A stretch of 64,000 nt of DNA from Antedon mediterranea. Taxonomy: Eukaryota > Animalia > Echinodermata. The position numbers and the translations under genes were made by a program. The notes beneath the pieces are model-generated. The model searched no databases and was not told the DNA's origin. It saw only the letters and a program-made list of their open reading frames with translations. Positions 35,911 through 47,100 of the stretch are shown in pieces; the first letter of the stretch is position 1; the number at the start of each line of letters is the position of its first letter. The stretch is taken from contig NC_092677.1 of assembly GCF_964355755.1 (NCBI RefSeq), forward strand, positions 25,221,175 to 25,285,174, in the 5' to 3' direction.

Positions 35911-37495
35911 GCAGAAGCCCCATCTATACTATAAATTAATTATTATATTCTAATTCTGCGCTACCGAAAAACCAAGATAATAAAACATGTTCTCTTTCAA
36001 TAGGCCTACGATCGAAGTTCCAATATGCAGCCCAATACAAACTATAGTTTTCTTAAAGACTCACAAGTCTTGCAAGACTCGTTGAGTTGTACGGATGCAA
36101 ACATTCACTAACGTTCGTGAGGAAAATAAGAGAAAAGCATTCAATACATTTTAGTAATGTTAACAAAAAATCTCATAAGAGGTTTTTACCACCACCCAAT
36201 GTAACCAAGGGAGATTTCGAAAATTATAAATTCAACATATTTACATTGCATGCTCGTTATAATCGAGCAATTTTAGATAACTTCATGAAAGTAAATCCTG
36301 TTCATATTACAATACTAAGAGAACCGTCAGCACAGTTGGAATCAACGTTTGTATTTTTCGGTTTTGGAAGAAAGGTAAAAAGTACAACTGGTGTCTCGCC
36401 GTTAAAAGCGTTTCTGACGAACCGAACCCAATTTCCCGAAGCTGCATCTTCGACCATGCTTAATAACGGTCAAACGTTTAACTTTGGGTTATCTAAGAAG
36501 CTTTTACGTAATGAAACTGCTATAAATAATACAATAGCTAAACTCGATCAAGATATGGACCTAGTCCTTATAAACGAGTTCTACGACGAATCTTTAGTGT
36601 TACTAACTAAACTACTTTGCTGGAGTCTAGAAGATGTATTATATCTTCCAAGAAATGTGAGACCGGACTCTTAAAAGAAATGCTATGTCTGAAGAGATTC
36701 GTGAGAAAGCTCGAAATTGGAACCATGCTGATACACTGCTGTACAATCATTTTCTAAAACGACTGCATGAACGTATAGTTGACTACGGACCATCAATTGA
36801 AGCAGATCTTTGGCGATTCCGTAATATGACGTCAGATTTGCGTCGTATGTGCGTCGACGGGCAGGTTAAGGGTAAGAAAAGTATGCAATATAAAGCACGC
36901 AATTCTAGCAAAGAATGCGAATATTATACCGAAGATGATACAAAGATGGACAAACGAATACGAAAGATGATGTTAAATTGGACAATTGTTAACTAGAGGG
37001 TCTCCGGTAAAACATTTTTGTGTTTAGTTAAAAGACAATTTTAATTAAATTAATAGATTCCTGCTATCTGATTGGAGGATTGTGTGTTACTATTGAACAC
37101 TCTTACGTGTCAGAGTGCAATATTGTGTTACACAGCGTGAGCAACGCCAAGCTAGGCTGATGATTGCTCGTTCGACTTTTAGTGTCGTCGTCTAACATTG
37201 TTCTAATCCGTGTTCAACGATTGGATTGCTACCTTCTCGAATGATTTAGGCGTTGGCCTTTCGATAAAAGTAGTTTCAGCTTATTATTTGTACGATTGAT
37301 CATAAACATTCATTATTTGTAATATAGTTCATGTTGCTCTCGCATTGTTGTTATCTAAGTATGATCCATTCTATTTAATATAACATTACTGCACTATGTA
37401 CAGTTTGGTAATCTCACTAAGATAGCAAAGAATCAAGTCGAATTTCAGGATGCAATGTAATGTAACCGATTTAGGTAACTTGTATAACAAATTTA

Positions 37496-37891
37496 CCGTA
37501 ATTATTCTAATTGTAACTCTGGGTTATTATTCTTTGATTGTTTTTTTAGGGTGGGTTACTATTAGAATGGCGGTTACTATTAGAGTAGTGGGTTACTATT
37601 ACTAATCCTAAATCAGGCACTTGAAAATAGTAACCGACCCCCAACTTTTCCGTTCAGTAACTCATAGCAGTAACTCAAAACAAATTTGGTATAAAATCAA
37701 AAACACTCAATCCTCCCCCATTCCCAAAATTTATCTCATTATTTTGAAAATACAGCTGCATCATAAATTTGTGTGACTCTAATAGTAACTATTAGAGTAG
37801 TGGGTTATTATTATAGATTGACTTATAAGGTGGGTTACTATTAGAAGAGGGGTTATTATTAGAGTGTGAGTTACTATTAGAAGATTTACGG
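37496..37891. mobile_element. Tc1/mariner-type MITE
   Basis: TA|CCGTAATTATTCTAATTGTAACTC ... GAGTTACTATTAGAAGATTTACGG|TA (24-bp imperfect TIR, TA TSD), with internal GGGTTACTATTAGA repeats. Confidence 0.8.
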
Positions 37892-38194
37892 TATGTTACT
37901 TCAACAAGAAGAGTTACATCTACCAATATACTATAATAATGTAAATAAAGGCTAGTTGGTAAAATCACCACAAAGATACATACGGTAGAGATTCTTTTCT
38001 TCCTAGAGCATCCAACTTGTAAATCAATGTTAAGAAGGTAATGTGTATTTTGATTTTATTATAAAAATAATTTGTTAATTTTATTTGTGTAATTTTAACA
38101 ATTGTTAATTTGTATCGGTGTAATTTTAACTAAAACTTTAACATTAATTTTTCTGGAAAAATGTCGTTATTTTATATACTGTTTTTATGACTAA

Positions 38195-38320
38195 AGCTCT
38201 GTCTACACTATCATCAAACTTCATGTGACAAAACAAATGTGTTATGCCAATATACGGACACTATTACGTCATATCCCTACCATATTTTGGCACAACCAGA
38301 TTGATAATGTAGATAGAGCT
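38195..38320. mobile_element. Harbinger-type MITE (AGCTCTGTCTACACTATC family), degenerate
   Basis: TAA|AGCTCTGTCTACACTATC...GATAATGTAGATAGAGCT|TAT. Confidence 0.75.
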
Positions 38321-38357
38321 TATGACATGAATTTGATTATGAATGCTCTTTAATGCA

Positions 38358-38720
38358 TACTTTGCTGGAGTCTAGAAGATGTATTATATCTTCCAAGAAA
38401 TGTGAGACCGGACTCTTAAAGAAATGCTATGTCTGAAGAAATTCGTCAGAAAGCTCGACATCTGAACCATGCCTATAGTACTGCATAATCATTTTCTAAA
38501 AAAACTGCATAAACGTATAATTAACACGGACCATCATTTTAAAACAGGATCTTTGACGATTCCGTATTATGACGTAAGTGTTGCGTCGTAAGTGCGTCGA
38601 CGACGGACAGATTTTCGGTACGAAACGTATGCTGTATATAACAAACAATTCTAGCAAAGAATGCGAATTTTATACCGAAGGGCCAACACGGACGAGCAAA
38701 CGAATGAGAAAGATAAATTC
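38358..38720 (+). pseudogene. Partial duplicate of the GAL3ST 3' region
   Basis: TACTTTGCTGGAGTCTAGAAGATGTATTATATCTTCCAAGAAATGTGAGACCGGACTCTTAAA is identical to 36613-36675. Similarity continues with indels to NSSKECEFYTE. Confidence 0.88.
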
Positions 38721-40023
38721 TACATATATAAATAACATATATATACAATTATTAATTTTATATACTGAATTGAATTGGTTGATGTTATTGAAATTATGTT
38801 GAATTAGCGCTGCGATACAATTTCATTTGAATAATAAATTGTAAGCCCTAAATTGTAGGACGTGGTTTTATCAAATTTTAGCCGGGAACTTAGCAAGGTG
38901 AAAACAATGTACGTATATATACAAAAGAGTACAAACCTTTAGTTTTTCTTGGATCATATGGAATTCTTTTATTGGCACAATGTCTTGTGTTAGTAGTACT
39001 GATATCTTAAGAAAAAAAAAAATTAAAATCACATGTAAATATTAAATTTATACTTGGGTCTTTCTTTATCATTATTCACTTTATTTATTCTATCAAAATC
39101 TATTACAAATTGTGTAAAATTACTTGTAATATTACAGTTAAAAAAGAAGTCAGAGAAAAGGGTGTCGCACAGGGTCACCAGGGAAAATTTTAAATAATTA
39201 AAAAATGTATGATTCATTGATTAATCGAATCTAGTATGGAACAAGGCCATTTTACCCCAATAAAAATGTTATTTCATTAAATTAAATTAATTAAATCAGA
39301 AGTTCAAATATTATTTAGAGTTTTGAAAATTCCACTTTTAAGGGTAATTTAAACTTTATATTTAAGGTTATATACATTACTTCCCAGTCGTTCTCCGTAA
39401 ACGGGAAAATCGCAACTTTATCGTTCTCAAAAAGTTAAAGACGACGGAATTTTACGCCAAGCTCCCCCCACTTTGTTAAAGCTCTTGTATAAATTATTCA
39501 TGAGCGCCGTCCTATCTCTATTAAGTATCAACTATTATGTTTTTGAAAACGAGTAAGTGGAATAAGATCAAAAGAATACGGTCAAGTTGACAAAGATCCA
39601 GAGCTTGCTTATAAGAATTTTTTTAACTTCGTATCATTTTGATAATGGAAGGCATGCATGAATGATATTGAATACAACTATTTTTGTTATTATTGTATCG
39701 TTAAAATATAGCATTCCATAAGTCCTAATTACATTACTATAGCCATTGAGGAAATAGGTATTATCGAAAAATAATTATAAACCTAGGCCTACCGATTGGA
39801 GATAGCAGCTCCGGGGCTAAAGTTGTTTTCTTGCCTTCTTCTGCGTTTTCTCTACATCCCTGTACAACTATGTAATTACAAAAATAAAAGAGACTTGTAA
39901 GGATACATTTTTGACTTCATTTTGTTAGAATTTCGAATTTTAACAAGATTGTGTTTTCTATGTGATTTTTACAAGAAACGAAAAGAACATGACTTATATA
40001 GTATAAGTAGTCATAATGATTAC

Positions 40024-40898
40024 CTGTATGTTCAAGTAGGCATATATCTTTAGGCCTAATTTTGAGATTGTTAATTTCTTCAGAAGACACACCGAAAGCA
40101 GTCAACAGCCCGGCTACATATTCCCAGTCTGCTTCGAACTCGTCGTTAGTCAGCCTACGCGTGTACCGCATTTTAAGTTCTTTTCTGTACTCATATAGTT
40201 TATTACACGTTTCAAGATCGGAGTTACGTTGTGCGCATGCGTATGTACACGTCACTGTTGTTACTGGCCTTGTTATTTGTGGTTCATTGTTTCCGATAAA
40301 TTCACTGCCCTTTTCTTTGGTTTGTGATAATAAATTTGCATCGAATTTTTCTACATGTCCTTCGTTAATTAATAACCTGACGTCATCATCTATCATCAAA
40401 GTTGTACTGTGTTTGATGTAGTACTGGGCCAGAAACTGGCTGCCTACGTCACAAACTAAATGGTTTATCCTTTTATAATTCTGCAGTTCTTGAAGATGAA
40501 CAGGATCTGAAATTATTAAAAATAATCAGCATTCGCTATTATTTTTATACATTGACTATATTTTGTAATATGTTATGTAAAGCTCTGTCTACACTATCAA
40601 ACTAGTTTGACAAAAAGTGTGATGTGTCCAAATATGGTAGTGATATGCTTAAATATGGTAGTGATATGCCCAAACATGGTAGTGATATGCCTAAACATGG
40701 TAGTGATATGACATCATCATATCCATAGATGAGCACATCACATTTTTTTGTCACATAAAGTTTGATAGTTTAGACAAAGCTTAATACGAAATAACGACGA
40801 TAAAATAAAAATAAGTCTAAGCAAAAAAAAAAAGAAGTGAATGCACTACCTGATGATATGGATGTTTTCAGTTTAGATAGGCTGAAAATATTCTTCAT
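40024..40898 (-). CDS. Uncharacterised protein with DZIP3-like HEPN domain (exons 40850-40898 and 40024-40506; 3' end uncertain)
   Basis: MKNIFSLSKLKTSISS|DPVHLQELQNYKRINHLVCDVGSQFLAQ...EKFDANLL...DLETCNKLYEYRKELKMRYTRRLTNDEFEADWEYVAGLLTAFG..EEINNLK. Matches by eye the NY.R...L.D.G / FD..LL / YR..L / EF...W..I...L..LG / I..LK pattern of HEPN_DZIP3. GT-AG sites are in phase. Confidence 0.6.
40581..40781. mobile_element. Harbinger-type MITE with internal 21-bp tandem repeats
   Basis: TAA|AGCTCTGTCTACACTATCAAACT...AGTTTGATAGTTTAGACAAAGCT|TAA, with ATGGTAGTGATATG x4 inside. Confidence 0.88.
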
Positions 40899-41277
40899 TC
40901 TTTAAGCTGCAGAAATAGAAAATATGCTGAATTACCTGACGATCACAAAGACAAAGAAAACGAATGAAAAGTGACAAAACGCTGGAACAGTCCAAAGATC
41001 GATATAGCCTACTCTTTCAAGAACAACGTTAGACGGAAAGTCTAAACGAACGCGGTATGAACGCCTAAGACACAGCAATTACGCAAATTGCATATAAAAT
41101 TAATTATTAACACGAAGGGACAATTGGTGTTCATAAAAGAGTACACAACCTTGTTTAATTAATGGTCGTACAGCATATCCTAAATTGAATCGTGAAAATA
41201 AATTGTGTTTTTTATGCGTGAAATAACACCGTTTTGTGAGCTAAATCTGCATTATGAATTACACTTTAAATCACTAA

Positions 41278-41449
41278 AGCTCTGTCTACACTATCAAACT
41301 TTATGTGACAAAAAAAATGTGATGTGCTTACATATGAATATGATGATGTCATCACTACCATATTTGAGCATATCAATACCATATTTGAGCATATCACTAC
41401 CATATTTGGGCACATCACACATTTTTTGTCAAAATAGTTTTTCAAAGCT
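41278..41449. mobile_element. Harbinger-type MITE, same family, opposite orientation, right end degraded
   Basis: TAA|AGCTCTGTCTACACTATCAAACTTTATGTGAC; the interior is the reverse complement of 40581-40781 with three 21-bp units. Confidence 0.8.
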
Positions 41450-42539
41450 TGACGGTTTAAATTGTAAGATATTAAAATATTTATGTTATTTTGTCAGCAG
41501 TAATCAAATAATATATGTTACTAGACCTATATATACCTGTTCACTCTGTTGTTTCGTCATTGTAACGTTTAAAATGTATGAATATTAAAGCTATTATAAT
41601 TAAAAATGCATAACCTTTAAAGACAACGACTGGATTACAAAACAATATTCATACAATATCATAACCTAACCTTTTCTAAACTATAATTACCATTAGAATC
41701 AGTTTATTTGGTATTAAATCAATTTGTGTATATTGAGAATTAGGAAGGGAGGCATGTGTTTCGTGCTTTTTAAATTACAGTTGTTAATTAGTGGTCGGAC
41801 TTATACCTTTGACCATTTGCTTTGAAATAGCTGACAGATACTTACCGGAAAGTACAGATATTATGTAATAAGCAAATATGAACACCACTTCTGGCTAAAA
41901 CAAACAATCTTTTAGACGGTCAACGACATTGATTAGTCCTGATTAGGCCTACGATCAAACCATGGAGGTCCATTATCAAACTACTTATTATGCAATATCT
42001 GACGTGTTGGTTTGTGTTCCAGTGAATCCAAATACAACAAAAGAAGAATTTCAGTTCAGTTCTGAAATGAAGCAGAATTTGTGTTTACCTAAACTAAAAA
42101 CTATAAATAATAATTGTAGGCCTACCTCACTAAAACTAAATGAAATTATTTGTACAAAATATTGGCGCATGGTAAACTTACTGTAGACGAATTGAGTTTG
42201 CTACAACAACTGTGCTAGGCCTACTAAACAGCTTTATCGCTGTTGTGTGGAATAACTTACAACGCTAACAGCTGTTCATTTGAATACCCATAATTGATCA
42301 ATGTATACAAATCCATATAGGCCTAAACGTAATATGTATACGGTAATATTATATCTTGTTGTTGTGGTGAATGTGGGTATATCAACGTTGTTATTTATTT
42401 ATTTTATTTATTTATTTATTGGTCATCACTTTTTTTTATCAGTGGCACACAAACTAAAACAAATTAATAAAAGGAAACAAAACAAAAGCAACATTAAAAT
42501 ATATACATATTTAAAGCAAAAACTATAAACTATAATTAA

Positions 42540-42544
42540 TATAC

Positions 42545-42581
<37 letters not shown>

Positions 42582-42762
42582 TATATATATATATATATAT
42601 TAATATATATATATATATATATATATTAATATATATATATATATATATTAATATATATATATATATATTAATATACATATATATATATATATTAATATAC
42701 ATACATATATATATATATATATATTAATATACATATATATATATATATTAATATACATATTT
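42540..42762. repeat. (AT)n microsatellite with periodic TTAA interruptions
   Basis: Direct inspection. Confidence 0.95.
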
Positions 42763-42939
42763 AAAGCTATCCTACAAACTATAAAACATGGAGGGTAACT
42801 CCATGTATAAACTAAGCACAACACATGCACATCAAGTAAGATAAAGAGCAAAAAGTGTTACAATGTGCAAAAGAAAAATTAGTTAAAAATACAAATAAAA
42901 CAATATATTTTGTGGTAGGTAAATAGGTCACATAATTTT

Positions 42940-43500
42940 GTAAAGCTTGTTCCTATAGGCCCAAGAAGTGGTCAGATATTGCTTACAATGATGGTCAAAA
43001 ATTAAATTGTCAAGGAACAAGTGGTGTTTATATACAATATCAAAGTCTTCCCAAGTAGAGTGGAGTCCGCAGTAATTTAGTTTGTTTTTAAGTTCATTAT
43101 ACAACTCATGTCTTATTTGTTGAAGTCCAGCGCATTAAAAAAGAAAGTGGTCAACTGTTTCTTTTTTGTTATCGTTGCACATATGCCAGTAAATTCAGCT
43201 GACCATGACAATTTTCTTCTTTTAAATTTAAGGTTGATACCCAAGAAATTATTCTGATCTAATAGGTACTTTTCAAACTTTGGTTCTCCTTTATATTTTA
43301 CATAATCACTTAGGGATGACTTTGATTTTGCTTTAACATACCATTCCTATTACTCTTGTTATTTATGGTGTTAAAATCGTTAGAATTTATGTATTTATAT
43401 TCACTTTAATGAAAAAGTTTGTCCAAAAATGAATGGAAGTGCTATTTCTAACATTATTGACCTGATTAGTGTTGAAGTGATCCAATAAATTACACCTTAC
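42940..43500 (-). mobile_element. Highly degenerate LINE (CR1/L2-group) C-terminal fragment
   Basis: Minus-strand NFLGINL...KLSW...IC and KLNYC...W motifs. Confidence 0.4.
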
Positions 43501-44171
43501 GAAGATTATCGTTTATGATCAATTATGGTAGTTTTATGTTATGTTTTTTGTTAGTTCCATCTCATTGCACGCCAGTACACTTAATCAATCCGGTCCCTAG
43601 TACGTTTTCACTTTTTTTTTATCTTTTGTGGTTTACCACCACCTTTATTCATTCAATGTTTCATTACAATTTTTTCATTATTTTCTGTTTTTCCCTCATT
43701 AATATCATAATTTTAACCTTTATTATCATACCATTAGTAAACATTGGCATTCATTTAGTATTTTTGTTGCCTGAATAACTAAACATTAATACAATGGTTA
43801 AATCCTCTATATACAATAACCAATTGTATATTAATTAAAATACTTAACTACATATATCAATGCATTGTTTGGTGTACACTAATAGTATTAACCTGCGCAC
43901 CCACATAGTGTACACAAATTGAACGAAAAATATTCTTAACGGTAGAGGTTTATTGGGCTATTGTTTTAAATATATTCAAATTGTGCGATCGTGACTCACA
44001 CACTTTATTTTAATCTAGATCATACTGTTTATACAGTTAGTCTATCGCCGTTTTCGTTCAAAATTCATATCAGGGTCAGGCTATCATCCGTCAGTACCAT
44101 CCGTTCTCTCAATTTAAATCTGTTTGTCGAGGCAATAGATTTCCTTGGTCTTGGTACACGTATAAACGAAA

Positions 44172-47100
44172 ATGTCGTGTTTTCACAGATTTACCGGTTA
44201 CGTTAAACGTCACTGGGCTATTGTCGTGATTGCCGCGGCATTTGTACATTTCATGTTTTTTACAGGTTTATTGTATAATTACAACTTGCTTCATATACAA
44301 CTGAAGAGTTATTTTAACTCAACTGCAACTCAGGCAGGTAGGTGACATTTGACACAGCAGCTCAGCTCATATAGGCCCATTGTCCACAATCACAGCGGCT
44401 CACTCATATAGGACTTGGTTCTAACTTGTAGGACGCACTTCAAGGACGTAAATGCAACGCAAGCGTGTTGACCAATGACAAGCGACAGTTCGAATAATCC
44501 ATCGCTTGTGATTGGTGAACTCACTTCCGTTGCGTTACGTCCTTGTGTTGCGTCTTTAGACATGCATTAGACATAGTTTCGTTCTCAAGTGATCTTCCGT
44601 CATGGTATTAGGCCTACAAAGTGAATTGAGAAATATTTCCTAACCTCTCAAAGATCGTGATAAAAGGATTAGATCCATTTTTGTTCAAATATGATTTGAA
44701 GCGAACAAACAGTTGACAGATACTGGCACAACGTAAAAGGAATTTGATTACACTTGTCATACGTCATTTTATTGTTTCTTTTACAGCGGGCTTTTTGATT
44801 TTTGTTCGTAACTGTAGCTCGCGACTTTTTTTTTCAGTGTAAGCGATTCGGAAATCATCAAATTTAGTTATGATAAGCCATGTATGCCAAAATGCATGCC
44901 AGACCAGAGACGCAACGAAGGACGTATGACGCAACGTAAGCGAATTGACAAGTGACAGTTCGAATCCATCGCTTGTGATTAGTCAAATCACTTGTGCGCT
45001 TACGTCATTGCGTTCGTTGCGTCTATAGAGTGGGAACCAATTTTTACAGTTCCATTTTCATTCGATTTAAAAATGTATGAAAAAATACTCTAATAATAAC
45101 CAAATATGACGTAAAATGACGTAAAATATCTTTCATCTTTTAGGTATCCCAGGTGCATTATCCATTGCAACTAACAGATGTAGTTCTGTTATTGTCACTG
45201 CTATCTTTCAAACAGTGGGCCATCGAAAAGCCGTGGTACTAGGCGTAACCATCTGTTGTCTAGGCCTCCTTGTATCATCATTTGCGCAAAACATTGTGGT
45301 GTTGTACATAAGCTATGGTGTCCTGTTTGGTTTTGGTCACAGCACTAATCACCTGACTATTGTTGACGTCATCTTAAGAAACTGTGACGAACGCAACGCA
45401 AGTAGAGCAACGTGTTTCGCCTTCTGTGGTGTTAGTGTTGGTATGTGATATTATTATTCTGTTAAAGGTCATGTCCAGAAAAAAACATTTCTAACGTTAT
45501 TTAAAAAAATTTATAACTTTTATCATCATCAACACGCTTCATCGTCGTTAGACATTGCACGATCAACAATTGTGTGCCATTTATTCGTGGTGTGAGCGCA
45601 GCCGGGTGTGTCTGAAGTGGGTCATTGGCCTACTGTTTTCAAGTTATCCTGTCATTGTTGTCAATTCTTTGGTCTTTAGACCTTGATAACATATTTTTCA
45701 TTTTATTTCAGGTCTTCTTATCTCTCCGTGTTTTGACTGGCTGTACGTAACATACTCATGGCGCGTTGCGTTACGAATACTTTGCGCTATATTTGCGTTC
45801 GTTGGATATACTTCCGCATTGGTGATGGTTGAAGTGAAGGCAACCGAGGAACGCAAACACAACGAGGACTACGACGCTCAAACGCAATGTGAGTTACCCG
45901 CAAACGAAAAGGAAACGCAATATGAGTTACACGCAAACGAAAAGAAAACGCAATATGAGTTATACGCAAACGAAGAGGAAACGCAATGTGAGTTGCACGC
46001 AAACGAAGAGGAAACGCAATGTGCGTTACACGCAAACGAAGAGGAAACGCAATATGAGTTACACGCTAACGAAGAGGAAACGGATATTGAACACGAAAAA
46101 CCAATAGAAAATCCAATAGAAAATAAAGCTATGCTTTATGAGGATGATGCTAATAAGACTGCACGCAAACACTTACAAATGTCGGTTCTGCAAAGGTACA
46201 GAAATGTTTTTAGACGTCCTGGATTCGTCATTGCGTTGATGGCCTTTATTCTTTCGTCAACCGCTGTTTCTTTTACTTTCATCAGTGTTGTAAGTATATT
46301 TTTTTTAAACAAGAAAAGAAATTAAATGTCACATAATTGTTTTATTTTGTTAATTTTGGTTAAGACAGTGGAACCGTAATATAGCTATAACATCGGCAAG
46401 GGTTTTTGGATAAGGAATATAAACCGTAGGGCCAGTGCACACACAAAAAGAACCTAGTACATCTTTCGAGACGAGTAGGGGGTTATCCCGGTGTACTAGT
46501 TCACACTCAGCCACTGTGTTGTGGACAGATTAGATAGTGCCTTATAGTGGCTGCACTAACATGATGTGACCCTTAGGAGAAGCATGTAGCTCTGAAAAGT
46601 GTAACATCTGAGTCCACAGCGCATAGAGACTAATTTGTATTGTATGCTATACAAATTTAAAACCATTAACCATTATGACTATTATAATTTCAGGGAAGTT
46701 ATTTATCAGACACAGGAATGGACATGTCTTCAATATCGAGGGCTATAGTTTGGATGGGAGTAAGCGACTTACTAACTAGAATATTAGCGGCATTCTTCTC
46801 TGATAGACTTCGAATTTCGAGAACGACGCAGTTCGGCATCGTTGCCCTCGGTGCCGCGGTACCTTCAGTTTGTATCCCGTTCATCGCATCAGACAACGGG
46901 CAAATTGCAACTATGATTGGTAGGTATACTATATAACTTATAACGCACTCTCTGATCTACACTAAAGCTTGGTTCCCACTGGAGACTGGTCAACTCGCTT
47001 ACGTTGCATTTACGTCCTTGCATTACGTTCTAGTGGGAACCAAGCTTAACTGTAACTCGCTAGAACAACAGAACTGTGACGAAAGCGTTCTAGTTCTTCA

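Larger units (their letters stand above)
34159..36996 (+). pseudogene. Galactose-3-O-sulfotransferase (GAL3ST family) pseudogene
   Basis: Exon 34159-34229 splices in phase to 36004: CSPIQTIVFLKTHK (5'-PSB), then a frameshifting deletion of the TxSST part (stop at 36083). ITILREP (3'-PB), NGQTFNFG, DLVLINEFYDESLVLL..LLCW. Second lesion at ~36672, then WNHADTLLYNHF. Confidence 0.85.

Noticed and set aside
40907-40935. Intron upstream of the HEPN-like ATG exon
   Set aside because: GT..AG spacing is only 29 nt, too short; the 5' structure is left unresolved.
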